From the NCBI GenBank assembly GCA_964005815.1, contig CAXFSR010000043.1:99307-163306 (forward strand): DNA of 64,000 nt. Reading direction: 5' to 3'. Below the pieces are notes generated by a model. The model searched no databases. It was given only the letters and a program-made list of their open reading frames with translations, and was not told where the DNA came from. The position numbers were made by a program, and so were the translations under genes. This DNA is from an uncultured Nitrospinaceae bacterium (GTDB taxonomy: Bacteria > UBA8248). Of the stretch, positions 9,882 through 20,119 are shown in pieces. Position 1 is the first letter of the stretch; each line of letters opens with the position of its first letter.

Positions 9882-10643
9882 TTATGAAGAACTAGAAAAG
9901 AATTTTTCTCCCAAATACACTTTTTGAACAAGTTCATTTTCCTTTATCTCTGCAGGCAATCCATCAGCTATAACTCTACCTTCATGAAGCACAATAACTC
10001 TATCCGCAATCGAAAATGTAAATTTCATATCATGTTCAATTAACAAAATTGTATCTTTTTGATTTTTCATCTCCAGAAGAAATTTTGCAAATCTATTTCT
10101 GACTTTTGGATTTACACCTGCTACGGGTTCATCAAGAAGAACGAGACTATGCGGATTAAGAAAAGTTCTAGTGATTTCCACTAACCTTTGTTGACCATAA
10201 CTCAAATCAGACGCGAATTTCTCTTTTAAATCTTCTATTTTCAGTAATGTTAAAATTTTATCAATTTTTTCTTCCTCTTCAAGCAATATTTTGTTGGGCA
10301 AAAATAAATTCTTGAAGAATTGTGTATCTGTACTATGTAAAGAAATTAATAAATTATCTTCTACAGATAAATTTTCAAATAATCTTGATTTTTGAAATAA
10401 TCTTGAAATACCTAGTTTGGAAATATCCTCAGGTTTTCTATTTGTAATATTATCAGAATTGAAAAATACTTTTCCAGAATCAAGATTAACTAAACCTGAT
10501 ATAATATTGAATATGCTTGTTTTACCAGATCCATTTGGTCCAAGAAGTGCAGTGATTTGACCCTCTTCAATATCGAATGAACAATTATTTACTGCATTAA
10601 CTCCACCAAATTTTTTCATTAAACCTTTTATTTCTAAAATCAT
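9882..10643 (-). CDS. livG: Branched-chain amino acid ABC transporter ATP-binding protein (LivG-type)
   Basis: FGGVNAV, GPNGSGKT, LSYGQQRLVEI, LLDEPVAG, IEHDM, VYLG. Confidence 0.88.
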   Translation of the reverse strand: MILEIKGLMKKFGGVNAVNNCSFDIEEGQITALLGPNGSGKTSIFNIISGLVNLDSGKVFFNSDNITNRKPEDISKLGISRLFQKSRLFENLSVEDNLLISLHSTDTQFFKNLFLPNKILLEEEEKIDKILTLLKIEDLKEKFASDLSYGQQRLVEITRTFLNPHSLVLLDEPVAGVNPKVRNRFAKFLLEMKNQKDTILLIEHDMKFTFSIADRVIVLHEGRVIADGLPAEIKENELVQKVYLGEKFFSSSS

Positions 10644-11509
10644 TTCAGACCAAACCTTCCATAGAAACCTTTAGGACGATAAATCAAAATAAGTATTAGA
10701 AGAACTGCATAAAGTATCTGTCTTGCAGGACCTATAACATCAGACGAAAAACCGATAAATCTGAGTGGCTCCGGAAGCAACACTAAAATAACGGTTGAAA
10801 TTAGAGTTCCTTTTAATGAACCAAGACCACCAATGATCACTATACAAAGGACAGGAATCAATTCCATTACAGTAAAAGAATCAGGGTCTATGTAATTAAT
10901 ATAATGGGAGTAAAGACCACCTGCAAGACCTGCAAAAAAAGCAGAAACACTCAAAACAATCCTTTTTACCTTGTTGGTGTTTTTCCCCAAAACTTTTGCA
11001 GCTAGTTCATCATCTCTAACAGATTGCACAACCCTTCCAAAAGAAGAACGAACAATCAAAGAGAGAGACATATAACAGAAAATTAAGAAAATTATACTGA
11101 GAAACAGAAAATGGACATTTTGATTAAAAACAAATCCCAAAATAACCGGCCTCGGGATTCCGGTTAGCCCCATTGGACCCTTTGTTAAAGATATCCAATT
11201 TAAAGAAATTTCATAAACAACGAACGAAAAACCCATTGTAGCAACAGCAAAATAATCGCCTTTGAGTTTACTAGTCGGGAAAGAAAGACAACAAGCAAAA
11301 AATGAAGACACAAAACCTGCGACTAAAATAGAACTCAGAAAATCGATTCCTTGCAACGACAACAAAGATGATGAATATCCACCTATGGCATAGAATGCAA
11401 TGTGCCCTAAATTTAGCAAACCAGCAAAACCTATCGACAATTGAAGAGACAAGGTTAATATAGAATAGATTGCGATTAAAACAGCAAAATGAATAAGATA
11501 TCCTTCCAT
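10640..11509 (-). CDS. livM: Branched-chain amino acid ABC transporter permease (LivM-type)
   Basis: GLLNLGHIAF, LKGDYFAVAT, GRVVQSVRDDE, IIGGLGS, RPKG. Confidence 0.88.
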   Translation of the reverse strand: MEGYLIHFAVLIAIYSILTLSLQLSIGFAGLLNLGHIAFYAIGGYSSSLLSLQGIDFLSSILVAGFVSSFFACCLSFPTSKLKGDYFAVATMGFSFVVYEISLNWISLTKGPMGLTGIPRPVILGFVFNQNVHFLFLSIIFLIFCYMSLSLIVRSSFGRVVQSVRDDELAAKVLGKNTNKVKRIVLSVSAFFAGLAGGLYSHYINYIDPDSFTVMELIPVLCIVIIGGLGSLKGTLISTVILVLLPEPLRFIGFSSDVIGPARQILYAVLLILILIYRPKGFYGRFGLK

Positions 11510-12385
11510 TTACTCGTCTAATCCTTTCTTGAGACCAAGAATTCCTCGTGGCCTAAAAATAAGAAAAACAAGCAAAATGCCAAAACCTATCGCGTCCTTA
11601 TAACCTGAATCAATGAACCAGATTCCATAATTCTCAGAAAAACCTAACACCAATGAGCCCAGTATTGCACCTGGAACGGAACCTATTCCTCCAATAATTG
11701 CAGCAGCAAAACTTTTCACCATAATTTCTGCTCCAATCATTGGCCTTAAGTTTTGCTCTAGAGATATAAATACAGCCGCAAAACCAGCGATTAACGAACC
11801 TACAACAAAACTCCATAAATAAATTTTTTCTGGTGAAATACCTACAATTTGCGCAACTTCTGGGTTATCGGAAACTGCCCTCATTGCTTTCCCTAATTTT
11901 GTTTTTTTCATAAAAATAAAGAACAAAAAAAACAGAACTATTGATGACAACACAATAAATATTTGCAAGGGAGTGATAACAGCGCCTAAGAACTGAAATC
12001 CTTTTTCAATTTTCAAAAACTCTATAACTTTAACGTCTGCTCCAAACAGAATTAAAATAACTGATTCAAACATTATAAGAAGAGCAAAACTAGCAATTAA
12101 CAATATGACATTATTGGCACCTCGAATTCGAAGTTGTTTATATATTAAATTGTTCATGGATATGCCAACAAATACAGAAAACACTAACGTAAAAAACGAG
12201 GAAATCCAAAAAGATAGCCCAACCACTTCAAACAAGAAAAAAAGAAAATACATCGACAAGAGCAAAGTAGAACCATGCGCGAAATGAACAAATCGAGAAG
12301 TTGAGTATATAAGGGAAAATCCTGACGCAACCAAGGCGTATATTGAACCTGCGATAAGTGCGTTTACAAATAGTTGAGAAGCCGT
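11510..12385 (-). CDS. livH: Branched-chain amino acid ABC transporter permease (LivH-type)
   Basis: HFAHG, TKLGKAMRAV, AAIIGGIGS, RPRGILG. The conserved N-terminus QLFVNALIAGSIYAL lies upstream of the track's TTG at 12334, so the start is placed tentatively at ACG 12385. Confidence 0.85.
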   Translation of the reverse strand, partial: TASQLFVNALIAGSIYALVASGFSLIYSTSRFVHFAHGSTLLLSMYFLFFLFEVVGLSFWISSFFTLVFSVFVGISMNNLIYKQLRIRGANNVILLIASFALLIMFESVILILFGADVKVIEFLKIEKGFQFLGAVITPLQIFIVLSSIVLFFLFFIFMKKTKLGKAMRAVSDNPEVAQIVGISPEKIYLWSFVVGSLIAGFAAVFISLEQNLRPMIGAEIMVKSFAAAIIGGIGSVPGAILGSLVLGFSENYGIWFIDSGYKDAIGFGILLVFLIFRPRGILGLKKGLDE

Positions 12386-12474
12386 CTTATCAGACCCTAT
12401 ATAAAATTAAAAAGCCGACAACGATGAAGCAGAAATTGCTTGTCCATATTTTTCAATCCGAACTTCAAGAGGAA

Positions 12475-13575
12475 CTAATTTGAAGGAAGAAAGACACCGC
12501 CCTTCAAAACAAAAATATCGTAGTTTCCCGAAACATCACCATTAGAATCAAATTTAATTCTACCAGAAGCACCATCAAAAGAAATACCTGAAAGCTTAGC
12601 TTGTATTTCACTACCGCTACGGGCACCTTTACTAACTGCAATAGAAATAGCTTTCAATGCATCATATGCCTGTGCAGCAAATGGACCAGGAGATTTCCCA
12701 TAGGCTTTTTTATGCCTTTCAGCAAAAAGAGTTGTTCCAGAACTCACAGAAGTAACAACAAGTCCCTCACCTGAACCAGCTGAGCCCTTAGATACTGCAT
12801 CACTCTTAAGACCTTCAGAACCAAATAACGCAGATTTTATTCCAAGTTCTTTTATTTGTTTTAAAGCAGCAACAGCAGATGGAGGAGAATTACTGATAAT
12901 ATAAATCGAGTCTGGGCTGGAAGATTTGATTTTTGTTAATTGTGTCCTCAAATCTGTCGAGTCTCTTTTAAATTTCTCTTTTGCAACAATTTTACCTCCA
13001 GCATTAGCAAAACTCTTTGTAAGAACCTTCGCAAATCCCATCCCATACTCTTCGTTACTAAATAAAATAGCTAGCTTTCTATGTCCTTTAGAAAAAACAT
13101 ATTTCGCACCAAAATCTCCCTGCAATGCATCACTTGGAACGGTTCGAAAAATATAAACACCTGCATTTGTAATCTTAGGACTTGTTGAAGACGAACTGAT
13201 CATTACAACTTTATTACGCTCGGCTATCGGAGCAGCTGCTAAAGTTGCACCAGAACAAACTTCACCAACAATTGCAGAGACTTTATCTATTGAAACTAAT
13301 TTATTAATAGCATTCACAGCATCCTTTCCACTACACTTAGAATCTTCATAGACTATCTGCAATTTTTTCCCAGTTTCTTTATTTGCTAAATCAACTCCAT
13401 TTTTTATACTCAATCCATAACTTGCAGCACCACCAGTCAGAGGAGCCATAAATCCTATTTTGACGACTTTTTCATAAGCGTTTAATTTGGAAAACGAGAA
13501 AGTAAAAAAAACAAAACTAACAAAAACAAACAACACAGAAAGAAAAAATTGAGATCTCTTCATAACTATCTCCAT
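12475..13575 (-). CDS. Branched-chain amino acid ABC transporter substrate-binding protein (LivK/J-type)
   Basis: KIGFMAPLTG, EDSKC, GEVCSGAT, FRTVPSD, AQAYDA. Confidence 0.9.
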   Translation of the reverse strand: MEIVMKRSQFFLSVLFVFVSFVFFTFSFSKLNAYEKVVKIGFMAPLTGGAASYGLSIKNGVDLANKETGKKLQIVYEDSKCSGKDAVNAINKLVSIDKVSAIVGEVCSGATLAAAPIAERNKVVMISSSSTSPKITNAGVYIFRTVPSDALQGDFGAKYVFSKGHRKLAILFSNEEYGMGFAKVLTKSFANAGGKIVAKEKFKRDSTDLRTQLTKIKSSSPDSIYIISNSPPSAVAALKQIKELGIKSALFGSEGLKSDAVSKGSAGSGEGLVVTSVSSGTTLFAERHKKAYGKSPGPFAAQAYDALKAISIAVSKGARSGSEIQAKLSGISFDGASGRIKFDSNGDVSGNYDIFVLKGGVFLPSN

Positions 13576-13655
13576 ATTTTGGCTTAAAATATAATTTAAA
13601 TACTATCTTACGAAAAAATTAAATTAAAAACAAAGAATAATGAAAAAACTACAAT

Positions 13656-14531
13656 TTATGTTTGAGAAAAACCAATTAAAATCATTCCAAAAACAGTCAC
13701 AAATACCCCAAAAACCATAGTGCCTCGAATACGTTCAGACCTTCTCAAAAAGATTGCTGTTAAAAGTAATGAAAATATAGGAGAGGAGGTGATTATCGGA
13801 GTTACAACACTGACGTCTCCGTACATAACTGAATAATTCATGCAGAATTGTGAAATGCTATTTAAAATTGCAGCAATTAACACAAGAAAAATCACTTTCG
13901 ATCCTGCCCAACGATACAAGTCAGGATCAATAAATTTCTTCATTCCAAAAAGTGTTAATAAACCTATAAAATTTGACCAAGCAACAGTTAAAAATGGATT
14001 CGGCATACTCTCCAATCCGATTTTTCTTATAAAAATACTCAAGCTAATTAGAAAAGCACTTAAAAATGCCCAGGCAATTCCTTTCTGAAAAAAACTTTTA
14101 TCTGTACGCTCATAACTTACTAAAACTACTCCAGATACTACAAGAACAGTTCCTACAACAAGAATATAGTTCGGATTTTCACCTAAAAATAAAATCGCAA
14201 GAATAATTCCATAAAATGGGGCTGTACTAACTATCGTGGTCAACCTTGGGGGACCTAATTCCCATAAAGCTCTGTAAAAAACATATCTTCCAAAACTATA
14301 CGCCAAGACACCCAGCAAACCGAACCAGAATAAACCTCTGAACGAAATCTGTCCTGATTCATATGTTATTATCCCAAGAGTAAAGAGTATTACAAAATTC
14401 ACTACATTAGTTAAAATTGTTGCTGCAAGGTGCCCTAAGACCTTTAAAGGTCTGGATAAAATAACTACTTGTATAGCTGCGAGTATCGAAGTTCCAAAAG
14501 CCCAAAAAATTCCAATAAAGTTATCCGACAT
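13656..14531 (-). CDS. DMT/EamA family transporter
   Basis: About 10 TM segments in two repeats; ILFLGE and VSVVTPI..SSPIF. Confidence 0.85.
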   Translation of the reverse strand: MSDNFIGIFWAFGTSILAAIQVVILSRPLKVLGHLAATILTNVVNFVILFTLGIITYESGQISFRGLFWFGLLGVLAYSFGRYVFYRALWELGPPRLTTIVSTAPFYGIILAILFLGENPNYILVVGTVLVVSGVVLVSYERTDKSFFQKGIAWAFLSAFLISLSIFIRKIGLESMPNPFLTVAWSNFIGLLTLFGMKKFIDPDLYRWAGSKVIFLVLIAAILNSISQFCMNYSVMYGDVSVVTPIITSSPIFSLLLTAIFLRRSERIRGTMVFGVFVTVFGMILIGFSQT

Positions 14532-14697
14532 AGGTTCCTTTGAAATGAAAAATCCATCGTAGAGTGGTTAATACAATATACATAACTTACAAAATAAATG
14601 GAGCCACAGAACAGAAAAAATGAATAAAACTTTTTATAAATTGATCTTCTCTTTCAGTTGAGACTAATATACTTAATCTAAAAATTAAGGAGAAAAT

Positions 14698-15099
14698 ATG
14701 TTTAACAAAATACACCATCTCGGAATAGCTGTTAAAGATATGGATGCTGCCATAAAGTTATACGAATCTGCGGGCGCAAAATTACTTGGAAGGGAACCAT
14801 CTAAAGATGGGAACACAGAACTAGCAATGCTCGATCTTGGAGGTGATTTAATTGAACCGATTTCACCTCTAAACGAAGATTCAGGGGTACACAAATTCAT
14901 AGAACAAAATGGCGAGGGCCTTCATCACGTCGCGTATGATGTAACAGGAATAGAAGATGTGATGGCTAAACTAAAAGAACAAAAAATTGAACTCATAGAT
15001 GAAGTTCCTAAACCTGGATTCATGGGACATACGATAGCTTTCATTAAACCGGAAAGCACAATGGGAACTCTATGGGAATTAGTAGAAGACACACACTAA
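14698..15099 (+). CDS. mce: Methylmalonyl-CoA epimerase (VOC fold)
   Basis: HHLGIAV, EGLHHVAY and GTLWELVE metal-ligand motifs. Confidence 0.85.
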   Translation: MFNKIHHLGIAVKDMDAAIKLYESAGAKLLGREPSKDGNTELAMLDLGGDLIEPISPLNEDSGVHKFIEQNGEGLHHVAYDVTGIEDVMAKLKEQKIELIDEVPKPGFMGHTIAFIKPESTMGTLWELVEDTH

Positions 15100-15111
15100 A
15101 AGAAGAAAAAA

Positions 15112-16167
15112 ATGTCACAAAAACTAAAAAATAAAACCTTCTATTCCTTTATTGCTTGCGGGGATATAGCAATCAATAGAAAGTCTGGAGAAAATACTTT
15201 TGGAAAGCTAACAAATATTTTTCAAAACTCCGACTTTACTTTTGGGAATCTTGAACTACCCTTAAGCAAGATCGGGAAAAAGCAACCAGAGAAAATATGT
15301 CTTCGCGGAGATCCTGCGATGGCAAATATCTTAAAAAATGCTGGCTTTAATCTTATGGCTTTCGCTAATAACCACGCTCTCGATTATGGGGAGAAAGCAT
15401 TTCTGGAAACTATAGATTTAATGCGTTCTAAACAAATACTAATCGCAGGCGCAGGGAAAAACCTAAAACAATCGAGAGAACCCGCTATTATTGAAAAAGA
15501 AGAATTAAAACTAGGCATGTTGTGTTTCAGTTCTATAATTCCAAATGGATTTGACGCACAATCTAACAGGCCTGGAATTAATCCCATTCGCATAAATACA
15601 AAATATATTTTCAAGGGAGGCAAACACGAATATCCTGGCACACTTCCTGAAGATAAAACCTACACTTTACAAAAAGATTTAGAAAGAATGAAAAAAGATA
15701 TTCAAGCTTTAAAAAAGAAGGTTGACGTTGTTTTAGTTAATCATCACTGGGGAACATCTATGACTCACAAAGTAAAAGATTTCGAAAGAGAAATTGCTTA
15801 TGCCTCTATAGATTCTGGAGCTGACATCGTCTTAGGAGGTCATCCACATGTACTCCAAGGGATCGAATTCTACAAAAAGAGACCTATTGTATACAGTATG
15901 GGAAATTTAATCTTCGACTTTGACATACCTTTCTTTACCGAAGCAACTAAACAAACTTTCATTTTCGGTTGCAAATTAAATAAAAACGGAGTCAAGGATC
16001 CCTACTTGATCCCATGCAAAAATAACGCATGGGAAAAACCGAAAATATTAAACCCAAGAAAAGGAAACGGCCGAACTATTTTACAATCTATCAATGAACT
16101 CAATCTTCCATTTTCAACTAAAACAAAAATCAAAAATTCTATAATAAAACTTTACCCAGGAAATTAA
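15112..16167 (+). CDS. CapA/PgsA (poly-gamma-glutamate synthesis) family metallophosphatase-fold protein
   Basis: GD, GNLE, ANNHALDYG, HWG, GGHPHVLQ, YSMGN motifs; no signal peptide. Confidence 0.88.
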   Translation: MSQKLKNKTFYSFIACGDIAINRKSGENTFGKLTNIFQNSDFTFGNLELPLSKIGKKQPEKICLRGDPAMANILKNAGFNLMAFANNHALDYGEKAFLETIDLMRSKQILIAGAGKNLKQSREPAIIEKEELKLGMLCFSSIIPNGFDAQSNRPGINPIRINTKYIFKGGKHEYPGTLPEDKTYTLQKDLERMKKDIQALKKKVDVVLVNHHWGTSMTHKVKDFEREIAYASIDSGADIVLGGHPHVLQGIEFYKKRPIVYSMGNLIFDFDIPFFTEATKQTFIFGCKLNKNGVKDPYLIPCKNNAWEKPKILNPRKGNGRTILQSINELNLPFSTKTKIKNSIIKLYPGN

Positions 16168-16523
16168 CTCGCTACACCTGAAGAATCTTTCACAGGACTC
16201 TTCATAATAATAGCTGTCATTTTTCCACCTACAGCCGCCGTTTTATGTTCCATTCCAGATGGAATGTATGCTACTAATCCAGGCCTAAGTTCCATTTTTA
16301 CCCCGTGAGTTTCGGTATAACCTTCCCCAGACAAAACCCATATGATTTCTTCTTGTCCCGGATGGCTATGAGGCTCATGAGGTGTTTCTGGATCATATTC
16401 CGTAATACCTGCCCGCAAATGCTCTGACCCATTTGCATCTGGTCCAACAATTACTTTGGAAGTTCCCCACTCCACTTCCTGAAACGGAATTTCGTCAATT
16501 TTAAACACATTTTTTTCTGGCAT
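16164..16523 (-). CDS. Cupin domain protein
   Basis: PHSHPGQEE...G...YIPSGMEH. Start placed at ATG 16523 after a GAGGAG SD. Confidence 0.85.
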   Translation of the reverse strand: MPEKNVFKIDEIPFQEVEWGTSKVIVGPDANGSEHLRAGITEYDPETPHEPHSHPGQEEIIWVLSGEGYTETHGVKMELRPGLVAYIPSGMEHKTAAVGGKMTAIIMKSPVKDSSGVAS

Positions 16524-16569
16524 TTTTCTCCTCAAAACAATGAATAAATTTTAAAAAATAGTTTTACTA

Positions 16570-17616
16570 CTACAAACGAACTCTGATTTCCTTACCACAT
16601 TCCTCAGTAGAAAGGCTCCCACCTAAATCAGGAGTTCTACATCCATCTGCTATAGAACTTTCAACTGCTTGCCGAATCAAAGATGCTCCTTCCTCACATC
16701 CTAGATGATCTAGGATAAGAGCACCAGTAAGAATTGATGCAACAGGATTAGCTATACCCTTTCCAACAATATCTGGAGCTGTTCCGTGCACCGGTTCAAA
16801 AAGAGATATGCCGTCAACATTCATATTTACAGAGGGTGCAAGTCCAATACCTCCTGCCAAGCCCGAGGTTACATCACTTAGGATATCACCATACATATTA
16901 TTAGTGACCAAAACATCAAAATCTGAAGGGTGTTGGATTAATTCCATAGCAACCGCATCAATATGTTTAGCTTCTGAATCTATATGACTAAATTCTATAC
17001 GAACTTCCTCAAAAATTCTTCTCCATATTCCTCCAGCATATTTCAAACCACTCGCTTTATCCGCCATTGTCACTTTTTTCCTGTGATGTCTTTCAGCATA
17101 CAAAAAAGCGGATCGGATAATTCGTTCAACCCCTTTATATGTATGAATTTCTTCCTGCACTGCAATCTCATCTTTTGTACCTTCCTTAAAAAAACCACCC
17201 ATATTCACAAAAAGACCTTCGGTATTTTCACGTACAACAACATGATCTATTTCTCCTGCTTTCTTATTTTTGATAGGGGTCAAATCTTCATGATAAAGTC
17301 TGGAAGGACGAATATTTGCATACAGATCTAATCCGAAACGAAGACCAAGCAGTATCTGTTCTTGCACAATAGAACCTCCTACCCTTGGATCTCCAACTGC
17401 CCCATGGAAAATACCATCAAAGTTTTTAGCAAGAATTTCGCAAGCGTCCTCTGGAAGAGCGCTACCTTCTTCCAAATAACGATCACTTCCCCAATCAAAA
17501 TGCTCAAATTCAACTTTAAAATTTGCAGTTTCTGCAGCCTGCAACAAAGTAGCTTCTGCTTCAGGCATTACTTCTTTCCCAATTCCATCTCCTTGAATAA
17601 CTGCAATTTGAACCAT
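16570..17616 (-). CDS. leuB: 3-isopropylmalate dehydrogenase-like beta-decarboxylating dehydrogenase
   Basis: GDGIGKEV, LRFGLDLYANIRP, VRENTEG, NMYGDILSD, FEPVHGTAPDI. The substrate could instead be tartrate or D-malate. Confidence 0.65.
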   Translation of the reverse strand: MVQIAVIQGDGIGKEVMPEAEATLLQAAETANFKVEFEHFDWGSDRYLEEGSALPEDACEILAKNFDGIFHGAVGDPRVGGSIVQEQILLGLRFGLDLYANIRPSRLYHEDLTPIKNKKAGEIDHVVVRENTEGLFVNMGGFFKEGTKDEIAVQEEIHTYKGVERIIRSAFLYAERHHRKKVTMADKASGLKYAGGIWRRIFEEVRIEFSHIDSEAKHIDAVAMELIQHPSDFDVLVTNNMYGDILSDVTSGLAGGIGLAPSVNMNVDGISLFEPVHGTAPDIVGKGIANPVASILTGALILDHLGCEEGASLIRQAVESSIADGCRTPDLGGSLSTEECGKEIRVRL

Positions 17617-17757
17617 TGTAATTCTCCAAAGTTTTATTATGTAATCAAATTTATTTTCTCAAACAAATATTTTCGTGTAAACCATGTTCGTCACAACCGA
17701 TAAATATGTTTTAATAAGTTTAAATTATAACTCATACAGATATAGAAAGGCGTTCAC

Positions 17758-18855
17758 ATGGTTGAGTCTGGAGAATTACCCAAAGGAACGGTTCGGTATC
17801 CTGCCGAATTTGTGAAAGAATTTGCTTATAAAGTATTCGCTTCGGTCGGTGTTCCTGATGAAGACTGCAAACTTATTTCCGAAGTTTTAATTAGTGCTGA
17901 TCTTAGAGGTATTAGAAGTCACGGAGCTGCACGTTTAACTTTCTTTATGGTTCGCCTTGGAAATGGAGTAATAAATAATAAACCAAAAATGATTTTCAAT
18001 CGTGGCAGCAACACTACTGGCACCCTAGATGCTGACAATGCACTTGGCATAATTTCTTCAAATCGTGCGATGGAAGAAGCTCTTAGTATGGCCGAAGAAC
18101 ATGGAAGTGGTTTTGTCGCAGTACGAAACAGCAATCACTTTGGTTACGCAGGTTATTGGGCAAAGAAAGCAATGGAAAGAGGATTTATTGGAATCAGTAT
18201 GTCTAACGGTGGAAGAAGGTCTACTGCGACTTTTGGAGCTGAAGCAATTTTTGGAACAAATCCAATGAGTGTCGCTATTCCTGGAGGACCTGAGAAAACT
18301 GACTTCCATTTAGATATGGCAACTTCAACAGTCGCAGTTGGGAAAATTGAAACCGCACTGAGAGAAGGGAAAAAAATTCCAAAAGGATGGGTGCCAGAAG
18401 CATACGGAGAACCATCCTTGAACGAAAAAAGTATTCTTAATTATGACGTTCCTCTACTTCCTCTAGGAGGAGAAGGAGATTCTACAGGTGGGCATAAAGG
18501 ATATGGATTGTCCTTAATGGTTGATCTTTTATGCGGTGTATTAGCAGGTTCAAATTTAGAAGAACGAATGGCAGGTGCAGGTGGAAACAGCAAGGCGGGC
18601 ACAGGGCACTTTATGGGTGCAATAAAACTGGAAGGATTTCGTTCTCCTTCTTTAATTCATGATGAAATGTCCGAAATGTTTTCTACTATCAGAAACTCAA
18701 AAAAAGTAGAAGGCGAGGACAAAATCTACATACACGGGGAACCTGAAAAGTTCTCGGAGGAAGAAAACCTAAAACTTGGAGTCCCTATTACTCCCCCTAT
18801 AAGAGAACAGATGATTGAATTAAACAAGGAACTGGGACTTGGATACGAATTGTAA
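17758..18855 (+). CDS. Ldh_2 family oxidoreductase (AllD/ComC/DlgD-like)
   Basis: ADLRGIRSHG, SNHFG, GTNP, DMATS, GHKGYGL. Confidence 0.9.
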   Translation: MVESGELPKGTVRYPAEFVKEFAYKVFASVGVPDEDCKLISEVLISADLRGIRSHGAARLTFFMVRLGNGVINNKPKMIFNRGSNTTGTLDADNALGIISSNRAMEEALSMAEEHGSGFVAVRNSNHFGYAGYWAKKAMERGFIGISMSNGGRRSTATFGAEAIFGTNPMSVAIPGGPEKTDFHLDMATSTVAVGKIETALREGKKIPKGWVPEAYGEPSLNEKSILNYDVPLLPLGGEGDSTGGHKGYGLSLMVDLLCGVLAGSNLEERMAGAGGNSKAGTGHFMGAIKLEGFRSPSLIHDEMSEMFSTIRNSKKVEGEDKIYIHGEPEKFSEEENLKLGVPITPPIREQMIELNKELGLGYEL

Positions 18856-18872
18856 TTAAAGAAAAAAGGATT

Positions 18873-19433
18873 TTATTGGGTTAGTTTATTGAAATATTCT
18901 ATTGTTTTTTTATCATCCCATTTTCTTGGTCCAACTATTTTTTGAATTAACATTCCTTTTGCATCTATTACAAAAGTCTCTGGTACTCCTTTAACAGAAT
19001 ACAATTTTTTTATTTTATGACGAGGATCTAAAGCTACAGGAAATGAAATTTTATATTTCTTCACAAATTTCCTGACAACATCTGCCCCCAAAGCATCTAT
19101 ACTTACAGCAACAATTTCAAATTTCTTGTTCAAACTTTTTAGACTTTGATAAAGATTCTCCAAAGAAGGCATTTCATCTAAACATGGGATACACCAACTA
19201 GCCCAAATATTTAATAAAATTACTTTCCCTTTAAAATTAGAAAGTTGAATTATATTTCCATCTAAATCCGGGAAAGAGAAATCAGGAACTGCCAGACCTC
19301 TTTCCAATACAACTTTCATGTTTTTTTCATCATAATCTATTCTGTTGAAATGACTTAACACACCCCATAAAATAGTTATTACAAAAGGGATAAGAAATAT
19401 CGCAAAAGCTATTTTTCCTGATTTTTCTTTCAC
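18873..19433 (-). CDS. TlpA/ResA/CcmG-like thioredoxin
   Basis: N-terminal TM, WASWCIPC, GVPETF. Confidence 0.9.
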   Translation of the reverse strand: MKEKSGKIAFAIFLIPFVITILWGVLSHFNRIDYDEKNMKVVLERGLAVPDFSFPDLDGNIIQLSNFKGKVILLNIWASWCIPCLDEMPSLENLYQSLKSLNKKFEIVAVSIDALGADVVRKFVKKYKISFPVALDPRHKIKKLYSVKGVPETFVIDAKGMLIQKIVGPRKWDDKKTIEYFNKLTQ

Positions 19434-19478
19434 TTAAACCTCTTTGAGAAAAAAGACAGAAAGAGAAAACTTTTGAAA

Positions 19479-20081
19479 TCAATCCTTTGATTTCGATAGT
19501 ATATATTTAATAAGTCCGAAAGCATCATTAGAATCCCATTCTCGGGGACCTTTTGAATATGCAACAAGATATCCTTCTCTATCTATTAAAAATGTTGTAG
19601 GAATTGATCTAACTTCATAATTATACTTAGCATTATCTTTTGGATCGTATGCAATTGGAAAAGTTAGCTTAAGATCCTTAACAAACTTTTTGATTTTAAC
19701 AAAATCTTCACTATCAAGTGAAATCGCAAGTACTTCCAGCCCCATATCTTTAAATTTCACATAGGCCTTCTCCATCGAAGGCATTTCTCTGACACAAGGG
19801 GGACACCAAATAGCCCAAAAATTTACAAGAACAACTTTCCCCAAGAATCTATCTAGTCCATATAAATCTCCACCTAGGGAACTCAAGGCCAAATCAGGAG
19901 CTTTCTTTTTGAGTGGCAATACCACAAAACCCATCTTAGAGAATAACGAAGCAGCACTTTCTCCGACAAAACTGTTCTTAGATTGTTCTTTGGAAATTTT
20001 AAAGCTATTTTCAAAAAGAAGCACAAAGAGAATTACAAAAACAGCGAAAAAAACAGACAAAAAAAAGGAGATCTTAAACAA
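19479..20081 (-). CDS. TlpA/ResA/CcmG-like thioredoxin
   Basis: N-terminal TM, FWAIWCPPC, SIPTTF. Confidence 0.9.
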   Translation of the reverse strand: MFKISFFLSVFFAVFVILFVLLFENSFKISKEQSKNSFVGESAASLFSKMGFVVLPLKKKAPDLALSSLGGDLYGLDRFLGKVVLVNFWAIWCPPCVREMPSMEKAYVKFKDMGLEVLAISLDSEDFVKIKKFVKDLKLTFPIAYDPKDNAKYNYEVRSIPTTFLIDREGYLVAYSKGPREWDSNDAFGLIKYILSKSKD

Positions 20082-20119
20082 AACTATTCCTTTAAAAATC
20101 GAAAGAAAATTGTATTCTA

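Noticed and set aside
15112-16167. Poly-gamma-glutamate capsule operon
   Set aside because: Only a CapA-family gene is present; no capB or capC in the window.
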